Shown in pieces: positions 1 through 9,102 of a stretch of 64,000 nucleotides of DNA. Origin of the DNA: an uncultured Candidatus Saccharibacteria bacterium (lineage in GTDB: Bacteria; Patescibacteriota; Minisyncoccia; UBA11713; 2-01-FULL-45-33); NCBI GenBank assembly GCA_964464405.1, contig CAYXFX010000001.1, forward strand, positions 3,466-67,465, given 5' to 3'. Both the position numbers and the translations under genes were made by a program. Numbering within the stretch: the first letter of the stretch is position 1; every line of letters starts with the position of its first letter. Under the pieces are notes generated by a model that was given only the letters and a program-made list of their open reading frames with translations, ran no database searches and was not told the DNA's origin.

Positions 1-78
1 AATTAAGCCTTATTCTTTTGGAGCATCGGTGGTGGCGGATCGACATACATAATTGCAAACATGGTTTGCAGTTTTTTT

Positions 79-152
79 GTCCCTGTAGCTCAGCGGATTA
101 GAGCGCTTCCCTCCGAAGGAAGAGGCCGGAGGTTCAAATCCTCTCAGGGACG
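79..152 (+). tRNA. tRNA-Arg(CCG)
   Basis: Acceptor GTCCCTG/CAGGGAC, D arm TAGCTCAGCGGATTAGAGC, anticodon arm CTTCC-CTCCGAA-GGAAG, T loop GGTTCAAATCC; CCA not encoded. Confidence 0.95.
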
Positions 153-187
153 TACAATTTTTCATAATATTCGGTTATTATCATTAA

Positions 188-1006
188 ATGCCCGAATTGC
201 CTGAAGTTGAAATAACAAAAAGAAAACTTGAGCCGCTTATTGTGGGGAGGAGAGTTTTTGGTTTGGGAAAAATTTTGGGAATAGAACGGCGCGGAAAAGC
301 ATTGATGTTTTATCTCTCAAATAATAAGGCGCTCGCGATTCATCAGAGAATGAGCGGAAGAATTCTGGTTGTTGGGAGAGGAGAGAAAAATAAGTATTTT
401 AGGCGGAGATTTAAACTTTCAAACGGAAAAGATTTGGTTTTGCATGACGTGCGAAAGTTTGGAGTGGTTTGGTACGGAAAAAAAGATAAAATTTTGAGGG
501 AAAATTATTTTAAAACACTTGGGCCAGATGCTTTGGCCGTTTCGCTTAAAGAGTTTAGGAATTTATTGCTTCCTCCTTCCTCTCCTTCACAAGGAAAGGA
601 TAAGAGAATCACAACTCCTCCCCTTGTAAAGGGGAGGATTGGGAGGGGTATAAAATCTTTTCTACTTAATCAAAAAAATATTGCCGGCATCGGAAATATT
701 ATGGCGGATGAAATTTTGTGGCATGCGCATATTCATCCCGAAAGAAAAATCGCAACTTTAACGAATTCCGAAATAAAAAATTTTTGGAAGTCTATACGCT
801 CGGTTCTTAATAGAAGTATAAAATTGGGCGGATCTTCCATGCGCGATTGGATGCATCCGGACAACTCTCGCGGAGGATATTTTGAAAAAAGAAGTATTTA
901 TGCCCGAGAAGGCGAATCTTGCAAAAAATGCGCCCAAAAAATTTTGCGAAAAAAAATAAACGGACGTTCCGCTTATTTTTGTGAAAATTGCCAAAAAAAA
1001 TCCTGA
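188..1006 (+). CDS. mutM: Formamidopyrimidine-DNA glycosylase (Fpg/Nei)
   Basis: N-terminal MPELPEVE, H2TH motif LLNQKNIAGIGNIMADE, C-terminal CxxC...CxxCQ zinc finger; carries a palindromic in-frame insert at ~569-650. Confidence 0.95.
   Translation: MPELPEVEITKRKLEPLIVGRRVFGLGKILGIERRGKALMFYLSNNKALAIHQRMSGRILVVGRGEKNKYFRRRFKLSNGKDLVLHDVRKFGVVWYGKKDKILRENYFKTLGPDALAVSLKEFRNLLLPPSSPSQGKDKRITTPPLVKGRIGRGIKSFLLNQKNIAGIGNIMADEILWHAHIHPERKIATLTNSEIKNFWKSIRSVLNRSIKLGGSSMRDWMHPDNSRGGYFEKRSIYAREGESCKKCAQKILRKKINGRSAYFCENCQKKS
569..650. repeat. Double-hairpin palindromic element inside mutM
   Basis: TCCTCTCCTT-CAC-AAGGAAAGGA (578-600, 9/10) and TCCTCCCCTT-GTA-AAGGGGAGGA (616-638, perfect), with outer CTTCCTCC/GGGAGGGG arms. 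Confidence 0.8.
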
Positions 1007-1010
1007 GAAA

Positions 1011-1271
1011 TTATCTCAGGTAGCAGTCATAGTGATGGGTTCTTTTATTGTATTTACACTGTTTTCCTCTGTACGGTGGGTGATGTCCGCGATACTGGTA
1101 ATGGTATTCATATCGATGCGGATGCTTTGGAATCGGGCGGTAATAATAATATGTTGGAGGATTGGAATAAATTACAGCGGGTTCGTGCCGGTACACTCTG
1201 CCTCCAACAACACATGAAGATAGCAGGGCGGAAAAAAGAAAAACAAAAACAATTATTGAATATTTAAACAT
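1011..1271 (-). CDS. Small putative lipoprotein, Tyr/His/Arg/Pro-rich
   Basis: Hydrophobic signal with lipobox-like LSSC; SD AAAGGAG upstream. Confidence 0.65.
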   Translation of the reverse strand: MFKYSIIVFVFLFSALLSSCVVGGRVYRHEPAVIYSNPPTYYYYRPIPKHPHRYEYHYQYRGHHPPYRGKQCKYNKRTHHYDCYLR

Positions 1272-1365
1272 AACGAACTCCTTTCTTTTCTGGATTCAAT
1301 ATAGCACGACTTTTCAGAAAAATAAATGACCGAGCATTTGGCCCGGCCTTTTTACCTTTTGCTGT

Positions 1366-1641
1366 CTATTTCTTTTTTCTTAGGCTGTCGTTTTCTTGCT
1401 CTAGTTCTCGTTGGCGATCTTCTTGAATTTGGATTTGATCTCCAACCAGAGCTCCCCCGGCTAGTCCTGCTGCTCCGCCGATTACAAGACCGACAGGACC
1501 TGCCACGAGGCCTCCTACAAGAGCTCCGCTGGCAACTCCGACGCCTGCACTTTTTTCACGCGTGGTAAACGCGGGAACCGTGCAAGATGCCGTGAAAAAC
1601 ACAATAAAAAGCAATGCCAAAACAGCGTTAGTTTTTCTCAT
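1366..1641 (-). CDS. Glycine-zipper lipoprotein
   Basis: Lipobox-like TASC, GxxxG repeats (GVASGALVGGLVAGPVGLVIGGAAGLAGGALVG), coiled C-terminus; SD GGAGG. Confidence 0.8.
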   Translation of the reverse strand: MRKTNAVLALLFIVFFTASCTVPAFTTREKSAGVGVASGALVGGLVAGPVGLVIGGAAGLAGGALVGDQIQIQEDRQRELEQENDSLRKKK

Positions 1642-1723
1642 TTTTCACCTCCCTGGTGATTTTCATCTAATTTCAGATTAACAATAAAGCAAAAACTTTG
1701 ATATAGTATACTGTGAATAGCGG

Positions 1724-1797
1724 CGGGCCATAGTATAACGGCAGTACGTACCCTTGGGGTGGGTATGGCAGCGGTTCAATTCCGCTTGGCCCGACCA
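1724..1797 (+). tRNA. tRNA-Pro(GGG)
   Basis: Acceptor CGGGCCA/TGGCCCG, anticodon arm TACCC-TTGGGGT-GGGTA, T loop GGTTCAATTCC, encoded ACCA end. Confidence 0.93.
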
Positions 1798-1937
1798 TTC
1801 AAGACAAGTCAAATTTTCGGAAGACTGTGAATTACGAAACTCTATTTTTTATGTAAAATAACAATAGGCTCTGGTAATGTGCAAGCACATTACCGAAAGC
1901 CCTTGACATTAGTGTTGATGATTAAATTGGATAAAAT

Positions 1938-3374
1938 ATGAAAAATTTTGAAGACCACTCTCATCTCATAGATGAGACAAAGCAGGTAGACAGAAAAATG
2001 CAATCTAAAATTGACGCTGGCGAAGCTAAAAATTTTAGCGAGGCGCAGGAACTTGTCATGTTTGATGATACATTTGCGATAGACAAAGAGCGAGATATTG
2101 CAGACATCAAGAAGTTAATGAGACGGGTTAGAAAAGATCCTAAGATAGGAAGATTGGGAAGTGAATATAGCCAAGAGGGTGATAAAAAATATGGCTGGCT
2201 TAAATACTTGGATGAGCAGGTAGAAGCCGGGCAATGGGAAGAAGACGATCTTAATTTTGTAATCGAGGAATTGCGCAAAGAAAGGATAGACGACTATTTT
2301 GGTAATGTTGCAAGAAAATATGAATCAGCAATGCCAATACCTGATAGCATTGTTCGCCTTGATCAAGAAGCTGAAATCGCAGAGACACTTCGTGGCGATA
2401 AGCCCGTCTTAATTCGAGGAAATTGGCGCATAGGGAAAACGAGCATGACGCGATCTTTAGAAACACACCAATTTGGTTCGGAAAATTCTATTATCATTGA
2501 TGCAATGGCAGAAAGCGCTGGCAGAGATGAATCGCTTGAAGATTTTCAAAAACATTTTGGAGCACACACAATTGCTAGATTTATAGCAGAAAGAGAACTT
2601 ACGGGAGCAGAGCTGGAAGATAGATTCGAGAAAGAAAATGAGCTTAGAAAGCAAATAGCGGAAAGTCAAAAATCTCCCTTTGAATTTCTTAATAATTATC
2701 TTGTTCAGCGAGGAGAAAAAGTATTTTTGTCTCTCGATGAGGTCATAGGATTTGCGGAGCAACCGGAAAAACTGAAATATCTCGCCGATCTGAAAGGTTT
2801 AAGTAATATACAATTAACCATTGTCCTCCATAGATTTGCTTCTTTTGAAAGTTCATTTAAGGAGATTTTTGACGGATACGAAACACATTTTGTGCATTCG
2901 CTAACTTTAGAGGAAGTTGGAACATTAGTCCGAAAACCTCTTGAGGGGACTCAAATTATTTTTACTGACGATGCCATTCAGAAAATTTTTGCATTTACCG
3001 GAGGCAGGCCAATGGAAATTAACAATGTCTGTCGGGCTTTAATGGACCAATTTTCTGAACATAAAAATTATAAATTTACTTATCACGCGGAAGATATAGA
3101 CGCGTTAACTGGAAAAGAAACTTGGCAGTTTGGAGAATCGTTTAGAGTGGCAATCGATACTTATAAGCGAGTTTACGGTCGTTCTATGAGCGATGAAGAA
3201 CGCGCTATAATTGATAGATTGATTGAAAGAGATGAAGTTCCTGTTTCAGAAATTGACGCGGAAAAAGTTCAGTCATTGATTGATACGACCTTTGTGGCAA
3301 AAGATGAAAGTAAAGAAATTTATCGCGTCAATGGCATATTATTTAAGCGGGTAGTTTTGGATCAAAATCTTTGA
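1938..3374 (+). CDS. P-loop (AAA/STAND-like) ATPase with acidic N-terminal region
   Basis: Walker A GNWRIGKT, Walker B FLSLDEV, TGGRP motif and possible winged-helix C-terminus. Confidence 0.75.
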   Translation: MKNFEDHSHLIDETKQVDRKMQSKIDAGEAKNFSEAQELVMFDDTFAIDKERDIADIKKLMRRVRKDPKIGRLGSEYSQEGDKKYGWLKYLDEQVEAGQWEEDDLNFVIEELRKERIDDYFGNVARKYESAMPIPDSIVRLDQEAEIAETLRGDKPVLIRGNWRIGKTSMTRSLETHQFGSENSIIIDAMAESAGRDESLEDFQKHFGAHTIARFIAERELTGAELEDRFEKENELRKQIAESQKSPFEFLNNYLVQRGEKVFLSLDEVIGFAEQPEKLKYLADLKGLSNIQLTIVLHRFASFESSFKEIFDGYETHFVHSLTLEEVGTLVRKPLEGTQIIFTDDAIQKIFAFTGGRPMEINNVCRALMDQFSEHKNYKFTYHAEDIDALTGKETWQFGESFRVAIDTYKRVYGRSMSDEERAIIDRLIERDEVPVSEIDAEKVQSLIDTTFVAKDESKEIYRVNGILFKRVVLDQNL

Positions 3375-3646
3375 TTGTGGCGCGCCAGTTTCGCTGGCAC
3401 GAAATTCGGCTGCGGCGGAAAGCGATGGCTCGGCGGAATTTCTTCCCCCAGCCCCCAGTATGAGAGAATACGCGACCAATCAAGACAAACACACGAGTTA
3501 TATTTAGAGAATAGTAAAAATTTTTGAAACAGAATCTCGATAAGATGCCTGTTTTTGTTTGCCGTTGAAAAGTCATTGCTTTTTCTGTAAATGTGTGATA
3601 GCTTTGATAAAGTTTGATCGTCGGTCTTTGACAGGAGGAATACGTA

Positions 3647-5221
3647 ATGACTATTCAGGATCGCCTTGCAAAGGTGCGTTTTTTTGACGTAAAGCCCGAT
3701 CTTTCATCCCTTGATGCAAATCAGAAACAAGCGCTGACCCACTGCGTCAATGCTTCGCGCATCATAACCGATATCTATTTGGATCAGGTGTACGCCGATA
3801 ATAAGAGAATTTATCACTATCTTCAGAATCGAAGCGATGCAGAAGGAAAAGATCTCTTGCGTTATTTCCTTATTCATGGATCTCCGTGGGATGCCTATGA
3901 TCACGATCGTCCATTCATTTCTGGAGTCGGAGAAAAGCCGAAGTTCGGTTCTTTCTACCCTTCTGATCTCGTAAAGGATGAATGGGATGCGTGGCTGAAC
4001 GCACACCCGAAAGATCGTGAACGATTTGAAAGTAACTACACCATAATTCGGCGTCAAAACGCAGGGTTGTTCGCAAGATCATATTCAGATGAATACGCCG
4101 ATCGATTGAGCGAAACGGCTAATCTCCTGCGACAAGCATCCGTTCTACTTCCCGATGGTTCGCTACGATTGTTCTTGCAACTTCGCGCCGACGCTTTTTT
4201 GTCGAATAACTACTTTGAAAGCGACATGGCATGGGTGGATACTGACGGAAGTCCTTTTGAGGTCACCATTGGCCCCTACGAAACTTACTTCGATGAACTA
4301 CTTGGATTGAAAGCCTCCTTTGAGGCGTTCGTTGCACTTCCAGACAAAGATGCTACTATTGCTCTTGCTCGATTCACTCCTGTCGTTCCTGACTTTGACA
4401 CAATACTTAGTCAGGAGTTTGACTTCAGTCCAAAGGGGGCTGCTATTCCTCTGGAAGTGGTCTCTGATGTGGCGCGTGGAGGCGGAGCAGGATTCGGATA
4501 CATGTTTGTCGCATACAACCTTCCTAACGATCGGAGAGTACATGACCTCAAGGGGTCAAAGAAAGTGTTCTCTCGGACGATGATGGAGGCGAAGTTTTCT
4601 ACGCTTGCTCTTCCAATCGCTGAGCGGCTGCTTACTCACGACGTTCTGGACCAATGCACATTCGATAACAGATTACTGTTTGTTCTTGGGCACGAACTTG
4701 CTCATGGACTTGGCCCCAGTAAGATCCGTATCGACGGCAGAGAAATGCCATTCGAGGTTGCTCTGAAAGACCTTCACTCGTCTCTCGAAGAAGCAAAGGC
4801 GGACATGCTCGGTGCCCGGCTACTCAATTACTTCCGAGGCAGAAACCTCCTTGATGACGAAACCCTTCAAGGAATTGTTGCGACGGAACTCGTTGCTTAT
4901 TTCCAAGGGTGGAGACACGGATTTACTGAAGCTCACGCCCGAGGCAGTCTCATCGAATACAACTGGTTGAGAGCTGCAAATGCGTTGCGTTATGAAACGA
5001 CAACAAAACGATACGAAATCGATCCTGAACGCTGCGTTGATGCTATGTCGCGCCTTAGCACCGAGTTCTTGAACCTTCAAATCGTTGGTGATTACGAACG
5101 CGCGAAGGCCTTCATGGAACACTGGGGATCTGTCTCTCCGGAACTACCTCTTATCATCGAAAGTTTTTCCGACATCCCGACAGCAGTAAGTCCGGTTTGG
5201 GATTTGTCGGAACTGAAATAG
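3647..5221 (+). CDS. Peptidase M49 (dipeptidyl-peptidase III-like) zinc metallopeptidase
   Basis: IGPYETYFD, AYNLPND, HELAHGLG and LEEAKAD motifs; SD AGGAGG. Confidence 0.88.
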   Translation: MTIQDRLAKVRFFDVKPDLSSLDANQKQALTHCVNASRIITDIYLDQVYADNKRIYHYLQNRSDAEGKDLLRYFLIHGSPWDAYDHDRPFISGVGEKPKFGSFYPSDLVKDEWDAWLNAHPKDRERFESNYTIIRRQNAGLFARSYSDEYADRLSETANLLRQASVLLPDGSLRLFLQLRADAFLSNNYFESDMAWVDTDGSPFEVTIGPYETYFDELLGLKASFEAFVALPDKDATIALARFTPVVPDFDTILSQEFDFSPKGAAIPLEVVSDVARGGGAGFGYMFVAYNLPNDRRVHDLKGSKKVFSRTMMEAKFSTLALPIAERLLTHDVLDQCTFDNRLLFVLGHELAHGLGPSKIRIDGREMPFEVALKDLHSSLEEAKADMLGARLLNYFRGRNLLDDETLQGIVATELVAYFQGWRHGFTEAHARGSLIEYNWLRAANALRYETTTKRYEIDPERCVDAMSRLSTEFLNLQIVGDYERAKAFMEHWGSVSPELPLIIESFSDIPTAVSPVWDLSELK

Positions 5222-5235
5222 TTCTACACCTATCG

Positions 5236-5262
5236 GCCCGAAAGAAATTTCGGGCTTTTTCT
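5236..5262 (+). terminator. Intrinsic terminator
   Basis: GCCCGAAA-GAAA-TTTCGGGC followed by T tract. Confidence 0.75.
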
Positions 5263-5364
5263 TTATGGGTTCGCGCTAAATCTAGAATACGCGACAATTT
5301 AAATTTGCATTCAATTTATTACTCTGGTAATTTGAGAACAGAAGTTTTTTATTTGGAGGATAAA

Positions 5365-6138
5365 ATGGTGAAAACTTCAATTGAAGAAATTAAAAGTGCA
5401 CAAGATGCGGAAAAGCTAGCGCGAGAATACGAACAAAAATCTAAAGAACTATTTGCGCAGGCAAATGAACACTGGGAAAAAGCAAAAGCATTGGTAAAAA
5501 CAGGAGAGACAATGGGGAACAAGCTACGAGATTTCGTGTTTTTGCGATACGGATGTTTGGGTAAATTTGATGAGGTTTATCGCGACATAGAGCATAGAGT
5601 TTCCGAACATGTCGGGCAATTTATTCTGCTCTTTTGCGCACATGACTCGAGTGAGGGGTGTTGCAGTCCTGGAGGCGGAGGGCCTAATTATGTGCGTCGG
5701 AATGGTTTTTGTCTGGGAATTTTAAAGGGCGGTTCTTTGATTTTGCACGAACCAGAAAAGGGCTGTAAATTTGAAACAGAAAATTACGTCTTGAAAACAG
5801 ACAGAAAAACGGAAATTATATCCGGTAATCTAGGAGAGGTTTTGCCGGTAGAAGTTTTTTGGACTCGACAACTAAACTTCGGTATAGATTTAGCCAAACC
5901 CGAAGCAAAGGATTTGCCATTAGGCGGCCACCTTTTTAGTTTTGAAAGACGGAATAAGATTCCAAACGAAGTCGCGCTTATAATCGGAGATGCGGAAATT
6001 AAAAATTGGGTTGGAGAAAAAACACGCAAAGAGCTTTCATGGCTTTTTGTAAACAGCTTTTATGAGATGTGCAAATTACTCGGAAGAGTTGACGAAGAAT
6101 TTTTCAACAAGTTTCTATTCTCAAGATACCGCAAGTAA
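5365..6138 (+). CDS. Hypothetical protein (coiled N-terminus)
   Basis: Long ORF; start moved to ATG 5365 behind GGAGG; followed by hairpin ATACCGC/GCGGTAT+T tract (6126-6154). Confidence 0.65.
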   Translation: MVKTSIEEIKSAQDAEKLAREYEQKSKELFAQANEHWEKAKALVKTGETMGNKLRDFVFLRYGCLGKFDEVYRDIEHRVSEHVGQFILLFCAHDSSEGCCSPGGGGPNYVRRNGFCLGILKGGSLILHEPEKGCKFETENYVLKTDRKTEIISGNLGEVLPVEVFWTRQLNFGIDLAKPEAKDLPLGGHLFSFERRNKIPNEVALIIGDAEIKNWVGEKTRKELSWLFVNSFYEMCKLLGRVDEEFFNKFLFSRYRK

Positions 6139-6170
6139 AAGCGGTATTTTTTTTATTTTAATCTTTTAGT

Positions 6171-6365
6171 TTATATTTTAATTTTGAGATGCTTTCCTGC
6201 TTTCATGCAGCGCGTACAGATTTTTATTCTTTTTCCGTTTGGCAAGCGCGCCCACTGGAGATTGGGATATTTTCTTGAACGTTTTACAGGATTATAGTGG
6301 GCGCGAAGGAGTCTTCGCGTTCCCATCATAACCGATCCTTTTTCACAAATTGGGCAGTGTTTCAT
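6171..6365 (-). CDS. rpmB: 50S ribosomal protein L28
   Basis: CPICEKG...PNLQ...KICTRCMK pattern. Confidence 0.85.
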   Translation of the reverse strand: MKHCPICEKGSVMMGTRRLLRAHYNPVKRSRKYPNLQWARLPNGKRIKICTRCMKAGKHLKIKI

Positions 6366-6465
6366 AAACCCTACTTATTACAAATTGATACTAATCTTCT
6401 AATGATCAGGATTTATTGGTATATTTGTAACTATTAGTAATTAGTAGAGTATCATAGCAAGTACT

Positions 6466-7083
6466 ATGAATCAAGTTGTAGACACAATTTTTCAAATACT
6501 AATCGTCATTTTTTCGGTTGTTGTGCATGAAGTTTCGCATGGAGCAATGGCTTTCGCGCTTGGGGACAACACCGCAAAAGACGCGGGTCGGCTTACGCTC
6601 AATCCTATTCCGCATATAGACATGGTCGGCTCGATATTGATGCCGATATTAATAGGTTTTGGCTGGGCGAAACCCGTTCCGTATAATCCTTATAATTTAA
6701 AAGATCAAAAATGGGGACCTTTCTTGGTTGGTATTGCTGGGCCTGCGAGTAATATTTTAGTTGCTATTGTGTTTGGGCTCGTGCTTCGGTTTTCGGAATT
6801 TTTAACAATATTGGGGCCAGCGATACTTTCTGCCATATTTCCTATTGTCATTATTAATTTGGGGCTCGCGGTTTTTAATTTAATTCCTGTGCCGCCTTTG
6901 GACGGCTCTAAAATACTCTATCTGTTTTGGCCCAAGGACCGGATCGATCTTTACGCAAAATTCGAACAATACGGTTTTTTTATTCTTCTTATTTTAATTT
7001 TGCTTTTCCGCAACGCGCTTTCTAACATAATTTTCCCGATTATCGGATTTTTCTTTCGCCTGATTACAGGATCAACTTTTTAG
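6466..7083 (+). CDS. Site-2 protease, M50 family
   Basis: HEVSH and NLIPVPPLDG motifs, multiple TM segments. Confidence 0.92.
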   Translation: MNQVVDTIFQILIVIFSVVVHEVSHGAMAFALGDNTAKDAGRLTLNPIPHIDMVGSILMPILIGFGWAKPVPYNPYNLKDQKWGPFLVGIAGPASNILVAIVFGLVLRFSEFLTILGPAILSAIFPIVIINLGLAVFNLIPVPPLDGSKILYLFWPKDRIDLYAKFEQYGFFILLILILLFRNALSNIIFPIIGFFFRLITGSTF

Positions 7084-7159
7084 TTGCGTATTTTTTTTCA
7101 TTTGCTAATTCATTCCGGCTTGCGCTGGATTTTTTTTTATGTTATGCTCCTACTATTCA

Positions 7160-7450
7160 ATTCACCCGCCAAAATTTTTTAATTATGTACTATGTTTATG
7201 TATTAAAAAGTAAGGCGGATGGACATTTGTACACGGGTTGCACAAAGAATTTAAAAGCTCGACTTGAAATGCATAATTGTGGTAATGTAGAATCTACCAA
7301 AAACAGAATGCCTTTCGTGCTTGTGTATTATGAAGCGTTTTTAAACAAAAATGACGCTTTTGCAAGAGAACAATGGCTTAAAACGGGATGGGGTCGTAAT
7401 CATTTAAGCAAAATATTAAAAAATTATTTAAAAAATTTAGGCGGGTAAAT
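7160..7450. mobile_element. Inverted-repeat-bounded GIY-YIG cassette
   Basis: 26-bp inverted repeats 7160-7185 and 7425-7450 (23/26 match) enclose the nuclease ORF; mobility is inferred. Confidence 0.55.
7185..7448 (+). CDS. Small GIY-YIG nuclease family protein
   Basis: YYVYVL...LYTGCT..L..RL..HN...LVYYEAF...A..RE..LK. Confidence 0.9.
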   Translation: MYYVYVLKSKADGHLYTGCTKNLKARLEMHNCGNVESTKNRMPFVLVYYEAFLNKNDAFAREQWLKTGWGRNHLSKILKNYLKNLGG

Positions 7451-7862
7451 GCCAACCATTAATCAATTAATAAAAAAGGGAAGAACCCCGATTACATATA
7501 AATCGAAAGCCGTTGCTTTGGAGAAAGGTTTTAATATTTTAAAAAATCGCCCGAGATTTTATCCTTCGCCATTTAAGCGCGGTGTTTGCCTTTCCGTAAA
7601 AACAATGACACCCAAAAAGCCGAATTCCGCTTTGCGTAAGGTTGCAAGAGTCCGGTTGACCAATGGAATGGAAGTAACTGCATATATCGGAGGCGAGGGG
7701 CATACATTGCAAGAGCACTCTGTTGTGGTAATCCGCGGAGGAAGAGTAAAAGACTTGCCTGGAGTCAGATACCACATTGTGCGCGGAGTTTTGGATACAA
7801 CAGGAGTTGAAAATCGAAAACAGCAAAGAAGCAAATATGGAACAAAAAGACCGAAAAAATGA
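7449..7862 (+). CDS. rpsL: 30S ribosomal protein S12
   Basis: [29 protein letters not shown]. Confidence 0.99.
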   Translation: MPTINQLIKKGRTPITYKSKAVALEKGFNILKNRPRFYPSPFKRGVCLSVKTMTPKKPNSALRKVARVRLTNGMEVTAYIGGEGHTLQEHSVVVIRGGRVKDLPGVRYHIVRGVLDTTGVENRKQQRSKYGTKRPKK

Positions 7863-8332
7863 GACGAACAAAAAAAATAAAAAGAGAAATACTGCCGGAT
7901 ATAAAATATGACTCAATTTTGGTGAGCAAATTTGTAAATCATTTAATGTATGGCGGAAAAAAGACAACTGCGCAGAAAGTAATGTGGGGAGCGCTTGAAG
8001 AAATAAAAAAAGCTGATAAAAAAGTTGAAAATCCGGTGAAGGTTTTCGAGGCGGCCATTAAAAATGTTTCTCCTTTGGTTGAGATAAGGCCGAGGCGAGT
8101 AGGAGGGGCCACATACCAAGTTCCTCGCGAAGTAAGTCCGGAAAGAAAATTATCTTTGGCATTTCGCTGGCTGATTGCTGCCGCGCGCGCCAAAAAAGGA
8201 AAGCCAATGGCTCAAAAATTGGCCGAAGAATTTTTGCTTGCGACCAAAAACGAAGGAGTTGCCATAAAAAAGAAGCTCGACACTCATCGTATGGCGGAAG
8301 CCAACCGCGCCTTCGCGCATTTTGCGTGGTAG
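7859..8332 (+). CDS. rpsG: 30S ribosomal protein S7
   Basis: [23 protein letters not shown]. Confidence 0.99.
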   Translation: MRRTKKIKREILPDIKYDSILVSKFVNHLMYGGKKTTAQKVMWGALEEIKKADKKVENPVKVFEAAIKNVSPLVEIRPRRVGGATYQVPREVSPERKLSLAFRWLIAAARAKKGKPMAQKLAEEFLLATKNEGVAIKKKLDTHRMAEANRAFAHFAW

Positions 8333-8340
8333 AATAGGTT

Positions 8341-9021
8341 ATGGAAAAACATTCCTACGAGCAGTACGTAGGCAAAGAAAAAAATGAACGAAGAGAACTC
8401 ATGTCTGCGTCAGGAGCGCTTGATCGCAGACGTTTTTTGCTTTCCCGATCTCTGGAATGGAAAGAAAGAATAAAAAAATTACAGGAAGTTTTTTATGAAA
8501 TAAAACAAGATCACCCGGAAGTTGTCTCTCTTAGTTTATTTGGCTCACTTACAAAGGGCTATGCAAATGAGGAATCAGACGTTGATGGGTGGCTAAATAT
8601 TGATAACGACAAGACGCCTAAAAATTCGAGTCCTGAGCAATATCAAAACATGATAATATCGCATATAAAACATGCATTAAATTTGGATTACAAAAAAATT
8701 GAACATGTTGTCCCAGTGTTTTGGCAAAAAGAGGAAATAATACACATGTGTAAGCATAAGGATGTCGGTGATCTTGTCAAATTATTTACGCTTTCAATCG
8801 GAAGGGATATAAATAATTATCGCAAGATTGTGTTTGATGAGTTGGAAAAAGAGGGATTGGATGGCGAAATTGTATGGATATCACTAATGGACAAATTGGC
8901 TTTATTTGAGAGCGGAGGTTTAGACGGGGCGGCACAGAGGAAACGGAGAAAACTTTACCCCAGAAATTTAGCAGAGGGAAGGAAGTATTTTTTGCAAGGG
9001 TTGCCGGATGAGATTTCGTAA
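8341..9021 (+). CDS. Pol-beta-superfamily (MNT-like) nucleotidyltransferase domain protein
   Basis: LFGSLTKG...SDVD signature (GS-x10-DxD). Confidence 0.75.
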   Translation: MEKHSYEQYVGKEKNERRELMSASGALDRRRFLLSRSLEWKERIKKLQEVFYEIKQDHPEVVSLSLFGSLTKGYANEESDVDGWLNIDNDKTPKNSSPEQYQNMIISHIKHALNLDYKKIEHVVPVFWQKEEIIHMCKHKDVGDLVKLFTLSIGRDINNYRKIVFDELEKEGLDGEIVWISLMDKLALFESGGLDGAAQRKRRKLYPRNLAEGRKYFLQGLPDEIS

Positions 9022-9102
9022 TTTGCCTCTTTTGTTTTTTTTGTTTATCCTATAAACTATTCTTGTTTTTATTAATTAATGTAAATTGCATTTTTATTTT
9101 TT

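Noticed and set aside
1798-6154. Intact integrative element at tRNA-Pro
   Set aside because: No integrase and no duplicated tRNA 3' end seen.
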